Positions 10,557 to 20,639 of a stretch of 64,000 nt of DNA are shown here, piece after piece. The notes under the pieces were generated by a model that saw nothing but the letters and a program-made list of their open reading frames with translations, did no database searches and was not told the DNA's origin. Position 1 is the first letter of the stretch. Each line of letters opens with the position of its first letter. This stretch comes from an uncultured delta proteobacterium (lineage in GTDB: Bacteria; Desulfobacterota; Binatia; Binatales; Binataceae). Where the stretch lies: the NCBI GenBank assembly GCA_963724765.1, contig CAVRVY010000003.1:64001-128000 (forward strand), given 5' to 3'. The position numbers and the translations under genes were made by a program.

Positions 10557-10842
10557 TAAGGGACAGGGTGATAGAAACCGCGATCGCTCGAGATGCCTCG
10601 CTCGCGGCCGCCAGCGAGTCCTCGATGCTGAGAAATTCCGCGTGGCGTCTGCCAAATCCGCGCGCGTCCGGCAAACGCGATGGCGCTTTTACGACGACTC
10701 TGCAAAATGAATTGATGCCTTGCAAATCCAAACCTTCACAGAGTCCAAACGGGCCAAAACATCCCGATTGGCCTCGGGCTTTCCGCGGGCATAGTTCCTG
10801 CTCCATAAGTGCATGGAGATTTGCCAAACCAAACAAGCGCGT

Positions 10843-11142
10843 ATGAAGAGAATAGAAGCGGTAATCGTGCGCTCGGCTTTGGACGACTTTCACCGATGCG
10901 CCAGGCAGCTCGGAATCTTCGGATTCGATTTATCTGAGGAACAGACGAAACTCAGAGACTCCGATTGTACTTCCGACGGCACAACGAGGCTTAGAGTAGA
11001 TTTCGCGGTCCTCGATGAAGAGACTAAGCCCTCCATTCACGCCGTTCTCGAATCAGTCCATCCGGACAGCATCGCGATTTTCAAATTTGATCAGGATGCA
11101 CGGCCGGCAACGCCTACAGGGCGTCCTGCGATTCATCCCTAG
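10843..11142 (+). CDS. Divergent P-II-like protein
   Basis: MKRIEAVI start and RLRVDFAV resemble GlnB/K; T-loop Tyr and GDGKIF not present. Confidence 0.55.
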   Translation: MKRIEAVIVRSALDDFHRCARQLGIFGFDLSEEQTKLRDSDCTSDGTTRLRVDFAVLDEETKPSIHAVLESVHPDSIAIFKFDQDARPATPTGRPAIHP

Positions 11143-11347
11143 CTGTTGCCTTAGGCGAACGCCCGGCGAGCGCTGTCCGAACCACGACGGAATCGGTTGT
11201 GCTACCGAGAGAACTGTTGCGTACTGGTGCATTTAAGGAAGCATACTGTGTATCGATCCCGGGTGCGATGGAAAATCAGACTCCGAACTTGTCGGTTTCG
11301 CGGCGCGTGACTATCCTGCCCCGCAATGTTGGTAGAGCAAACCGCTG

Positions 11348-12685
11348 ATGATCGGTTCGCGCGAGATCGTTATCGTCTCGCTGCTGGGGCTCCTGACGAC
11401 GTCCTCGTCAATCTTCGGCGCTGCTCTCGGTCTGTATGTTCCACTCTCCAAGCGGATGCTGGCCTCGTTCTGGCCTTTGCCGCCGGCGCCCTCATCAGTG
11501 CGCTGACCATCGAATTGGCGTTCGAAGGTGCCCAGGAACTGCATCAGCAGGGTTTCGACGCCAATGCGGCATGGGGGTTCATTGCCAGCGGCTTCGCTCT
11601 CGGTTCCATCGTCTATTATTTCACCTCTTTGTTCCTCGACCAGAAGGGGGCAGCGATAAGCTACCCGACACGATTTCGCGAATATGCTCTGGGACGCAAG
11701 CAGAAGGATGCGAAGGAGACGATCCAACTGCTGTCGAAATGCGACCTTCTGCGCCATCTGCCGCCCGAAGAAGTCGAACGAATCCTTCCGTTCGTCCGCA
11801 CCCGCCACCTCGACGATGGTGAGATTCTCTTCCATGCGGGCGATGCAGGAGACGCGCTCTACATCGTGACACAGGGGCAAGGTCGACGTGTTGTCGGCCG
11901 CGGCCGGCGGGCAGCTCAATGGACATGTCACCGGAGAAAGGCTCGCGGAACTGGGCGAAGGACAGGCATTCGGGGAGATGGCCCTCCTCAGCGGAGAGCC
12001 ACGTACTGCCACGATTCAATCGGCCGCTCAAACGGACCTGTTGGAAATCGGCAAGGAAGACTTTGATCGCCTCGTTGCGAACAATCGGGAGTTGGCCACC
12101 GAGGTGGAGCGGCTCAGCCACGAGCGCGCGATCAGGAATCTCAGCTCCGGCGGCGCTAATCCTTCGCAGTGGGCCAAGGTTGCGGCCAGCAATCTGGAGG
12201 ATCTGAGCAGGAGTGAGGCGAAAAGGATCCTGGCCGAAGCCAGTCAAGGAGCAGGACTGGCAATTGTTCTCGGAAACATTCTGGATACGATTCCGGGATG
12301 CCTCGTGATCGGTGCGAAGTTCGTCGGGGTGGAGAGCTTGTCGATCACTCTCATAGTCGGGATGTTCGTGGGTGGGATCCCCGAGGCAGCGGCGAGTGCT
12401 TCGATGCTTAAGAGAGCTGGGTACAATACCTTCGCGATTTTTGCCCTCTGGTCGACGGTTCTTGTCGCCGGAGTTGCGGCAGCAGCGGCCGGGAAGATAT
12501 TCATCGGCTCCGGCTCGCACGTGGCGGTTTTCTTTCAAGCGGTAGCGGGGGACGCGGTGCTCGCCCTGGTTGCTCACGCAATGATTCCGGAATCGATCCA
12601 CGCGGGTGGATCCCTGATCGTGCTGCCGGCCGTCGCCGGCTTTCTCTTCGCTCTATGGCTCGTTCTCACGCAGTCGTTGGTGTGA
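11348..12685 (+). pseudogene. ZIP-like membrane protein with inserted cNMP-binding domain, two frameshifts
   Basis: MIGSREIVIVSLLG..., shift near 11465, VLAFAAGALIS...FHAGDAGDALYIV, shift near 11877, GQAFGEMALLSGEPRTAT (cNMP), GGIPEAAAS, HAMIPES. Confidence 0.8.
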
Positions 12686-12703
12686 ACTCTATTATTAGCA
12701 TTA

Positions 12704-13390
12704 ATGTGGCTCGCTGAGATTATGCAGCATTGTAGTGAATTGCGGACAGCACGGATGCCGCTCATATCGGCTAAGACTCGCACTCCTATGCTCCAACATC
12801 TTGCACAATTCGGGCGGTCCGTCGTGACACGCGTGTGGACCTGGGTTGGAGTACCAATCACGATCTGGGGCTTGTTGCCGTCTGATGTTCAGCTAAAGCT
12901 CACTGGTAATTATTGGCCGTCATCTATTGACAACAAACATGTGCTGTTCCTTGGCTTTACGCTGCTCACGTTCTCGTGTTTTCGCGCGTGGGATGCGAAA
13001 CGGAGGTTCGCTGAACAATCCGCAGTGTCTCCCCGTTTTGAATTACAAATCAACCGAATAGACGTCAGTTCGCTTCCATGTGGATGCGAACTTACCACCC
13101 ACATAACGATTCGTAATCGCGGCTCTGATAGTCAGGCTACCGACTGGCAATTGCGCGGCAGTGACAATAAGGGCATATCGCTTACGAGTGATGAAGCCAT
13201 ACGAGCGAAGTTCGAACCAATGGACGGGGATTTGACCGATCATTCGGTTCGACGGAGCCAAACGAGACGAGGAGTGGTTATTCTCATTGTTCAAGGAATC
13301 AGTGAAACGCAGGCAAGGCAAATCACCTATTGGTTTCTGGCTTGTCGAGATGGTCTGAACGTACGTCATGAGTCAGCCGCTCAATACTTA
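12704..13390 (+). CDS. Hypothetical membrane-anchored protein; ORF reads into the dapF scrap
   Basis: Lower-GC ORF with two hydrophobic segments; sequence character changes abruptly near 13400. Confidence 0.45.
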
Positions 13391-13399
13391 GGAGCTTTG

Positions 13400-13841
13400 C
13401 TTTGCACTTCGGCGGTCTCGATGGTCAATTCGCATTGCGTGGTGTTCGTCGACAACGAAGTCGTGTTCGCCCTGGAAGATTCCGAGTTCGCCCGCGTCGG
13501 GCGACAGTTCGAGCATCATCCGTTCTTCCCCCGGCGCGTCAACCCGGAGTTCATCCTGCCGTTTTCGCGCGACAGGCTGCGGATGCGGGTGTGGGAGCGG
13601 GCTCGGGTGAGACACCGGCCTGCGGCACGGGAGTCTGCGCCGCGCTGGTCACCGCGGTGCAGACCGGACGGGCCGAGCGACGGGCGACACTGGAATTGCG
13701 CGCGGCGGAAAGCTGAGGATCGAATAGCGTGAGCACGGCGCGAACGCAGCAAATCACGTGATGATGACCGGTGAAGCGGTCAAAGTGTTCAGCGGCGAAG
13801 TCGAGGTTGGCGACGGCGAACCGGTGCCGGTCGTCAAGTGA
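13400..13841 (+). pseudogene. dapF: Diaminopimelate epimerase 3' fragment, frameshifted
   Basis: SMVNSHCVVFV (SMGNPHC), FPRRVNPEF, RMRVWER/GSGETPACGTG, VMMTGEAVKVFSG, across frameshifts and a stop. Confidence 0.88.
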
Positions 13842-13858
13842 GCTTGGAGGGCCATCCT

Positions 13859-14731
13859 ATGGTCAACGGAGCACTGACGGCGATCGTAACTCCCTTTCGC
13901 GACGGCGAGGTCGACCAGCAAGCGCTGTGCGAGCTGGTCGAATTCCAGATCCAGGGCGGCGTCGACGGGCTGGTGCCGTGCGACTCGACCGGCGAGTCGG
14001 CCACGCTCACCCATTCCGAGCACGAGCAGGTGATCAAGATCGTCGTCCAGCAGGCGCGCCGGCGCGTGCCGGTCGTGGCCGGCACCGGCTCGAACTCGAC
14101 CGCCGAAGCGATCCGACGGACCGCCTCCGCACGCGAGGCCGGGGCCGACGGCGCACTACTGATCTCGCCCTACTATAACAAGCCCACCCAAGACGGCATT
14201 TTCAGACACTACAAAATGATCGCGGCGGCGGTCGACCTGCCGCTCATCGTCCACAACATCCCAGGGCGCACCAGCTCCAACATCGTGCCCGAGACCTTCG
14301 CCCGGCTGAGCGAGATCCGCAACATCGTCGCGATCAAGGAAGCCTCGGGCTCGATGGATCAGACCTCCGACATCCGCCGCCTGTGCGGCGACCGGCTGAC
14401 GATCCTTTCGGGCGATGATTCGCTCACCCTGCCGCTGATGGCGCTCGGGGCCAAGGGCGTGGTCGCAACCGTCAGCAACGTGATGCCGCGCGAGACGCAT
14501 GAGCTGGCGGCAGCGGCGCTGGCGGGGGACTACGCGCGGGCGCGCGAGCTGCACTATAAGCTGTTGCCGCTGGTGCGCGCGCTGTTCGTGGAGACCAATC
14601 CGATCCCGGTCAAGCAGGCGCTCGCCTTCATGGGCAAGTGCACGGCCGAGATGCGGATGCCGCTGGTGCAGATGTCGCCGAGCCCGGCTGAGAAGCTGCA
14701 CGCGGTGATGAAGGAGCTGCGCCTGATCTGA
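13859..14731 (+). CDS. dapA: 4-hydroxy-tetrahydrodipicolinate synthase, probably a decaying copy
   Basis: TAIVTPF, PYYNKP, IKEASG, ETNPIPVK; motif changes PCDSTGES and IVHNIPGRT. Confidence 0.9.
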   Translation: MVNGALTAIVTPFRDGEVDQQALCELVEFQIQGGVDGLVPCDSTGESATLTHSEHEQVIKIVVQQARRRVPVVAGTGSNSTAEAIRRTASAREAGADGALLISPYYNKPTQDGIFRHYKMIAAAVDLPLIVHNIPGRTSSNIVPETFARLSEIRNIVAIKEASGSMDQTSDIRRLCGDRLTILSGDDSLTLPLMALGAKGVVATVSNVMPRETHELAAAALAGDYARARELHYKLLPLVRALFVETNPIPVKQALAFMGKCTAEMRMPLVQMSPSPAEKLHAVMKELRLI

Positions 14732-14740
14732 CGCGACGGT

Positions 14741-14843
14741 CTACAGAAATACCTCGGGCGAAACGCGGAAGTACTCGGCCAGTCGCCTGATGTCGGTTTT
14801 GCTAAGCCCGCGCTTGCCGCTCAGGATCTCTGACGCAACGCTG
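14741..14843 (-). pseudogene. HigA-like antitoxin HTH C-terminal scrap
   Basis: Manual translation SVASEILSGKRGLSKTDIRRLAEYFRVSPEVFL*. Confidence 0.7.
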
Positions 14844-14845
14844 TG

Positions 14846-15008
14846 ACTTATTCCCGTGGCCCTGAGAGGAGTGACCTATCAACCCCTCGGAGCGGATGCG
14901 TTGCTGCGGAGAAACCTGCTCATTTGGGGCGTCGGTGGTGTCATTCTGCCGTTCGCAGGTATCAAGCTTATCGATGTAGTCATGGGCGCCATGCACCTCG
15001 TTGCCTAG
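14846..15008 (+). pseudogene. kdpB: Second kdpB, C-terminal scrap
   Basis: [47 protein letters not shown], paralogous to the end of kdpB at 3962. Confidence 0.85.
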
Positions 15009-15030
15009 CGCGAGAGTAGAAGGATAGGCG

Positions 15031-15669
15031 GTGATGAAAATTTACATAAAGAAAAGTCTCTGGCTGTTGGGCTCTACAGTGGTCATTTGTTGTTTGATCT
15101 ATCCGCTTATTGTATGGGCAATCGGACAAACGCTTTTCTCATTTACCGCAAACGGGAGCATGGTGACCGGTCCGGATGGCAAACCCGTCGGCTCGCTCCT
15201 GATCGCTCAACCGTTCACCAAGGATGAATACTTCTGGCCGCGGCCCTCGGCCGCGTCATACGACGCGTCCGCGTCCGCCTCATCCACACTCGCCGCTTCC
15301 AACTATCTGCTGCGCGATCGCGTGGCGCGGATGCTCGGTCCGATCGTAAAGTACCAGAACGGTCCAAAGGCTGGACAGTTGGTCGCCCCAGACATAGAGG
15401 CGTGGTTTCTAGGGGATCGCTACCAGAGTAACCCGCATCTAGTCGCACAATGGGCCGATAACCATAACGAGCTCGCGCAGAGCTGGGTGAGCGCGGATCC
15501 GTCGCACGCCCAATATATTAGCGACTGGGCAAAGGCCCACAAACGAGAGGACCTCCACTGGATCGACACTGAGACGCAGGCGCTCTTGAACCTGCTCGCC
15601 GACTCGATCGCCACCGCAAAAGTCCTGCTGCTGGTCAACTATCGACCTGAATACCCGACTTCCTCTTGA
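15031..15669 (+). pseudogene. kdpC: Second (long-type) kdpC, truncated and fused to an adenylate-cyclase-type AAA ATPase scrap
   Basis: GSLLIAQPFTKDEYFWPRPSA; after about 15545 EDLHWIDTETQALL...LLLVNYRPEY, typical of AAA_16-type cyclase proteins. Confidence 0.8.
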
Positions 15670-16006
15670 TTGCCTTTACGATGTCGGCAGGCGCAAGACG
15701 CGGCGACACGTTGAGGGCATAAGACACGCCATTGACGCGTCCTGCGATGTTGATCTGGTCGACTTCGCGATAGAAGCTCACTTCATGATTTGCGCCGAGA
15801 TCGACAATCATCCAGGCATTGCCCGCAGCCGCCGAACGCGCCTTTCCCCCCATCAATAGCCCTACCTCGGTTGCGAGCAGATGTAGCTTTCTGAGTTCCT
15901 CTTCCCTGTCATGCTTCCGGGCCGCCGAAACGGCGCGGGCATGCTCCTCTTGTTTCTTGCGCGCCGCCTTGCGATCTTCCTGTTCGTTGGAGTTAATCAT
16001 CTCCAA
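15635..16006 (-). CDS. Hypothetical protein
   Basis: 123-aa ORF with a charged helical N-terminus; no motif recognised. Confidence 0.4.
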   Translation of the reverse strand: MEMINSNEQEDRKAARKKQEEHARAVSAARKHDREEELRKLHLLATEVGLLMGGKARSAAAGNAWMIVDLGANHEVSFYREVDQINIAGRVNGVSYALNVSPRLAPADIVKAIKRKSGIQVDS

Positions 16007-16057
16007 TCATTATATCGACAAGTCAACCGGCATTTCCATTTGAATCCGCGATTCAGA

Positions 16058-16227
16058 ATTGGCAGGTCGCGTACGCGGATTATTCCGTCCGCAGATGCGA
16101 TCCGATCAATTCTCTCTCGGCGGTGAACCAGTCGATCCAATCGTTGCCGTGGACGCTGCCGCGCGCCAAAAATAGTTCGTAGGCCCGCCGCTGAATCTGT
16201 TCGACAGTTCGCGAACCGTTAGCAACT
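16058..16227 (-). repeat. 5'-truncated inverted duplicate of the DUF2934 gene at 25475
   Basis: Reverse complement encodes NGSRTVEQIQRRAYELFLARGSVHGNDWIDWFTAERELIGSHLRTE*, near-identical to about 25572-25741. Confidence 0.9.
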
Positions 16228-16349
16228 AATACACCGAGTCGCGCCAACCGGAGTCGTTCTCCGGGTCCGTGAGTGATCGCTAATCACGCACGCGCACACG
16301 CGCGAATTTCGATCGATTCTCCGATTAGGCCAAAACCTGGCGGACTGAA

Positions 16350-16445
16350 TGGTGGAGCGAACTGAATTCGAACTGCCGGTACCGATTTCTAAACTGCCAG
16401 ACGACAGCGTCGTGTTATAATTTGCGACGCTGAGACGAGTTGCCC
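16350..16445 (-). repeat. 96-bp repeat ending in a tRNA-3'-like end (att-like), copy 1
   Basis: Reverse complement GGGCAACTCGTCTCAGCGTCGCAAATTATAACACGACGCTG...GGTACCGGCAGTTCGAATTCAGTTCGCTCCACCA. Confidence 0.9.
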
Positions 16446-16524
16446 CTGATCGTCCAGCGAGCAGGCAGCGACATTGCGGCGTCGGAGGGGCGGTGTATAT
16501 CGTTATCCCGAGGCGAACAAACCA

Positions 16525-17043
16525 ATGGCAGCAAACAACAGGTCAACCGGGGGACGAAGTGCGGGTAGTGCTGTCGTGCGAGAACTCGACCAACTCAGAA
16601 AGAAGGTCAAGGAATTGACGCTCAGGTTGGAGCGCGAAGCAAAGGCTCGCAAGCTCGATGCTCGGCTGGCCGCGGTGGCTAACAAGGCTCGCGAGCAACT
16701 GACCGGAGAAATCAAGGCCCTTCGGGAGCAGGGACGAAAGCTCGCATCGCAGCTCAAGTCGACGCTTGGCGATGCCGGTAAACGGGAGCAGGCACTCCAA
16801 GAGGCGCGCGCCAAAGTCGGGGAACTGAAGGTGGAACTCGGGCGCAAAACCGAGCACCTCAGGCGCAAGTCCGGAGAACTCAAGAAGCTCGCCGAGGAAT
16901 CGGCCCATCGAGCCGCTGCGATCATCCGTGGTGACGCCGAGCATGCCACAGAGCCTGTTGAGGCTGAGCCCGCAACGCCGCCGGCACCCTCGGAGCTGGG
17001 TTCGGAGAGCCATCCGAGCGACAAGCCAACACCAGATGGCTAA
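16525..17043 (+). CDS. Coiled-coil hypothetical protein
   Basis: Long heptad K/E/R-rich helix with a Pro/Glu-rich tail. Confidence 0.65.
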   Translation: MAANNRSTGGRSAGSAVVRELDQLRKKVKELTLRLEREAKARKLDARLAAVANKAREQLTGEIKALREQGRKLASQLKSTLGDAGKREQALQEARAKVGELKVELGRKTEHLRRKSGELKKLAEESAHRAAAIIRGDAEHATEPVEAEPATPPAPSELGSESHPSDKPTPDG

Positions 17044-17206
17044 ACGAAAGACCGAAGAAGAATCTCTTGCGCAAAGGAAACCCGACGCGGCGCAACTCCC
17101 AAAAGTCGAGATTGATTTCGAGACATTAGTTGCCGCCGGTATCGCCGCAGCGATCATAAGATCGCCCAACAGGCGGAGAAAACCCAGGTCCAACCCAGCG
17201 CGATAA
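17036..17206 (+). CDS. Small hypothetical protein
   Basis: MAKRKTEEES..., start overlaps the upstream stop. Confidence 0.4.
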   Translation: MAKRKTEEESLAQRKPDAAQLPKVEIDFETLVAAGIAAAIIRSPNRRRKPRSNPAR

Positions 17207-17472
17207 GCAAGATCGAACCATCACCGTCCCGAACTTGCTCGCCCTCGGCGGCGAGCAGATCGGTTCGAAGTTTACGCACATGATGTATGTCGCTCATCTC
17301 TCCAGAGAATGCTGAAAACTGAAGACCCTCGGTACCGCCCATTACGCTGCTTCTTTCAGCGTAAAGAGGCGGACCAACGCATGCTTATGAAGGTTTGGGC
17401 GGAGACCCGAGGCCGGTTTGATCGCGCTCGAAGAGCCTGAACGCTTGCGGCATCATTACTGCGCGCCGCCCC

Positions 17473-18435
17473 TCAAGTGAAGAGCGAGCTCACCGACTCC
17501 TCATTATGAATGCGGCGGATCGCCTCCGCTATAAGGCTGGCCACCGACAGCACTTTGAGCGATCCCAGTTCCGCCTGCGCCTTGGCCCGCAGCGGGATGC
17601 TGTTGGTGGTGACCACTTCGCTCAGCCGCGACTGGTTGAGCCGCTCGCAGGCCGGGTCGGAAAGTATCGGATGGGTCGCGCAGGCGAGGACCTCGGTCGC
17701 CCCGGCGTTCATCACCACCTTGGCCGCCTCGGCAATCGTGCTGGCGGTGTCGATCATGTCGTCGACCAGCAGCGCAGAGGAATCGCGCACCTCGCCGACC
17801 AGCTGCATCTCGGCGACTTCGCTGGCGCGACGCGGGCGGCGCTTGTCGATAATCGCGAGATTGGCGTTGAGCCGCCGCGCAAAGGCGCGGGCCCGCTCCA
17901 CCCCGCCGGCGGCGGGCGAGACCACCGAGACGCGCCGGTTCTCCAGGCGCTTGCGCAGGTACTGGATCAGCACCGGCATCGCGTAGAGGTTGTCGACCGG
18001 GATGTTGAAGAAGCCCTGGATCTGGCCGGCGTGGAGGTCGACGGTGAGCACGCGCAGGGCGCCGGCGGTGGTGATGAGGTCGGCGACCAGCTTGGCGCTG
18101 ATCGGCACGCGCGGGGTGACCTTGCGGTCCTGGCGCGCGTACCCGAAGTAGGGCACCACGGCGGTGATGCGCTTGGCCGAGGCGCGCCTGAGCGCGTCCA
18201 TCAGCAGCAGCAGCTCCATCAGGTTGTCGTTGGGCGGCGTGCAGATCGACTGGAGCACGAAGCAATCCCCGCCGCGCACGTTCTCGCGCACTTCGACCAT
18301 CACTTCGCCGTCCGGGAAGCGGCCGACTTCCGCCTGGCCCAACCGCACGCCGAGATACTCGCAGACCTCGCGCGCCAGCGCCGGGTTGGAGTTGCCGGTG
18401 AAAATCTCCAGTTCGTCTTTCGCCCGTTCAGGCAT
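17473..18435 (-). CDS. prs: Ribose-phosphate pyrophosphokinase, possibly a decaying copy
   Basis: FPDGE, PYFGYARQDRK, DLHAGQIQGFF; motif changes VSPAAGG and DDMIDTAST. Confidence 0.92.
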   Translation of the reverse strand: MPERAKDELEIFTGNSNPALAREVCEYLGVRLGQAEVGRFPDGEVMVEVRENVRGGDCFVLQSICTPPNDNLMELLLLMDALRRASAKRITAVVPYFGYARQDRKVTPRVPISAKLVADLITTAGALRVLTVDLHAGQIQGFFNIPVDNLYAMPVLIQYLRKRLENRRVSVVSPAAGGVERARAFARRLNANLAIIDKRRPRRASEVAEMQLVGEVRDSSALLVDDMIDTASTIAEAAKVVMNAGATEVLACATHPILSDPACERLNQSRLSEVVTTNSIPLRAKAQAELGSLKVLSVASLIAEAIRRIHNEESVSSLFT

Positions 18436-18932
18436 CTCGGCCCCCTCGGCCAAGCCAAAGTCGCACTAACCACCATCTGCCCGGTACACGCCGACAGAAA
18501 CCCGTCGCTCTCGATGGGACCTCGGCAGGAAGCCGGGCTGATTTCTGTGCCACTGCTTCGGGTGCGGCAGCGACCACACGACCGCGGACAGTTGGCGCTC
18601 AAAGCGCCAACGTCCACCGCCGAAAGTCGAAATTGAGAGAATCCAGGGGAACGGCGCGGGTATCTTCCGGATGAGGATTTCTCTGGTGGACTTTGAACTC
18701 ACCAAGTACCATAGGCATCGATGGTCCGGAAGGTTTTGCACAACCGCTGCGTCCATTGCCCTGGTTTCTTCCGTGAAGGCGTGATTACCGACCATGTAAT
18801 CCCGCCTGTTTCAGCTCGACAGGCACAGCCAACTTCGCGAAGCCGGCAGCACCTGCCTGTGAGCCGTGCAACGTTCAGCTCGGACAGCGGATAAACTTGC
18901 GCATCGATTCTCTCCTTCAGCGCTTTACGCCG

Positions 18933-19544
18933 CTAGGCAGTCGCCGCGATTACGGCGAGCGGCTCCTGATATTGCAGGCACTCGACCGCCTCGAACCCAG
19001 CTTTGCGCATCCATTCGAGATGCGCGTCAAGGCCACCCGAGAAACTGACCAAATCAGAATCTAGGAACATTGCACCGGGCCGAAGCACCGAGCGCACCGC
19101 CCGATAGCAGGCGGCCATGAGCTCGTGATCGCGCAGATTATGGATCGCAATCGCCGAGACCGCGAGATCGAATGGCCCGTTTGCTTTTTTCGTCCATTCC
19201 GCGGCGCGCAGGTCGCCTAGCACGAAAGTAAGCCGTGGGGCGTGCGGAGCGAGGCGTCGCCGTGCATATTCCGTCATAGGTTCGGAAAAGTCCAGCAATG
19301 TGACGCGCGCCAGCGGGAATCGGCGTAATACTTCCTCGGTTACGACTCCATACCCTGCACCCACGTCGAGTACACTGATATCGCTGTCGGTTTGAAGCGG
19401 TGCCCGCTTAAGCATCTGCTGGAGCATCGGGCGCCGCTCGCCGTCACGTTGGACGTCTCGCGCGATCCAGTCGTCTACGTACTCGCGTGAGTGCCAGTCG
19501 TGATCACCTATATGACGGTCTCGTGGGCTGCCCATGCGATACAC
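18933..19544 (-). CDS. Class I SAM-dependent methyltransferase
   Basis: VLDVGAGYG, LDFSEPM, FDLAVSAIAIHNL, LRPGA. Confidence 0.9.
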   Translation of the reverse strand: MYRMGSPRDRHIGDHDWHSREYVDDWIARDVQRDGERRPMLQQMLKRAPLQTDSDISVLDVGAGYGVVTEEVLRRFPLARVTLLDFSEPMTEYARRRLAPHAPRLTFVLGDLRAAEWTKKANGPFDLAVSAIAIHNLRDHELMAACYRAVRSVLRPGAMFLDSDLVSFSGGLDAHLEWMRKAGFEAVECLQYQEPLAVIAATA

Positions 19545-19655
19545 CTCCTCGTTTCGGGACTCAGCCGGTCACGCCGGCGTCCACGACCAACGTAATACCG
19601 GTGACGTAGCATCGCTTCGTCCGAAGTCAGAAAAGTCACTGCCGCTTCTGCCGCT

Positions 19656-19792
19656 TCGGCCTCAAGCCGCGCTCGACGTGTGAACCGCGACCGGATAGCA
19701 AGCAGCAGCTGGCTCAGAAACACGACCATCGGCCGCTTTATTACCATACGCCCAACCGCGCGTCATCCCGGATAAGGTTTTCGGGAGGCACA
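19656..19792 (-). mobile_element. 5' end remnant of an rve/integrase-core IS-like element
   Basis: Terminus TGTGCCTCCCGAAAACCTTATCCGGGATGACGCGCGG, near-identical to 57801; encodes IRSRFTRRARLEAE. Confidence 0.8.
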
Positions 19793-19803
19793 GCTCTTTG
19801 ATC

Positions 19804-20442
19804 ATGCCCGATAGCAAAGCTTCCCCCCCCTTCGGCGGCGCCCACGCCTGGTGCGATCGTTCTGGACTGTCACTATGGTATGCTTCACCCGTGTCGCGTG
19901 GCTCAAAATTGATTCTCTTCGTCGGGTTCGTGATGCTTGGCCCGGCCGTCGGGCTTTTCACTGGGGTGTATTCCTTCGTCCAGGCAGAGAAGCTGAGCTT
20001 CTGCGCCTCGTGCCATACGATGATGCCATGGATCCGTGACCTCGAAGATCCGAATAGTAAGTCACTGGCTTCGCTTCACTATCGAAATCGCTTTATTCCA
20101 CACGATCAGTGCTATACATGCCACGTCGACTACGAGTTTTTGGGTCCGATCGACGCCAAGATCGGAGGGGTCAGACACGCAGCGATTTACTATTTCGGCA
20201 ATGCCACACCCAAGGACATCAAACTCTATAAACCGTTTCCCAATGGCAACTGTCTAAGATGCCATGCCGGTTCCGCACCTTTCCTGCAGAATCCTGCACA
20301 CCTGGCGGTGATGGTGCAGATTCTGGCGGATCAGACGAGGTGCTACACCTGTCATCAGTCTGTACACATGCCGGAGTTCGACAGCGTTGCGCAGGCGGCG
20401 GCGCCGTCGCAGGCACAGAAGAACGCACGGAAACCGCAATGA
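19804..20442 (+). CDS. NapC/NirT-family tetraheme cytochrome c
   Basis: TM helix then CASCH, CYTCH, CLRCH, CYTCH. Confidence 0.88.
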   Translation: MPDSKASPPFGGAHAWCDRSGLSLWYASPVSRGSKLILFVGFVMLGPAVGLFTGVYSFVQAEKLSFCASCHTMMPWIRDLEDPNSKSLASLHYRNRFIPHDQCYTCHVDYEFLGPIDAKIGGVRHAAIYYFGNATPKDIKLYKPFPNGNCLRCHAGSAPFLQNPAHLAVMVQILADQTRCYTCHQSVHMPEFDSVAQAAAPSQAQKNARKPQ

Positions 20443-20639
20443 GCCGTCTACCGATTCTGCTGAAAGCCGCCATAGCGCTGTACGCTCTCGGATGCGTGGT
20501 TGCGCTCGTCTGTCTTATCGACACGACCGCCCTCACCATGACCGGCTTCTTCCTCGTCGGGCTCGGAAGTTTTGGACTCGGCCTCCTTGCTTATGCGAGG
20601 GTCGTCTGGGACGATCTTCGCGCCCATGGTGTACTTTGA
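20439..20639 (+). CDS. Small 2-TM membrane protein coupled to the cytochrome gene
   Basis: MSRLPILLKAAIALY...; ATGA overlap. Confidence 0.65.
   Translation: MSRLPILLKAAIALYALGCVVALVCLIDTTALTMTGFFLVGLGSFGLGLLAYARVVWDDLRAHGVL

Noticed and set aside
12704-13732. Single 342-aa fusion protein
   Set aside because: The C-terminal part is a broken dapF joined by a rearrangement and ends out of frame.
17506-18636. 376-aa plus-strand ORF
   Set aside because: Antisense shadow of the high-GC3 prs gene.
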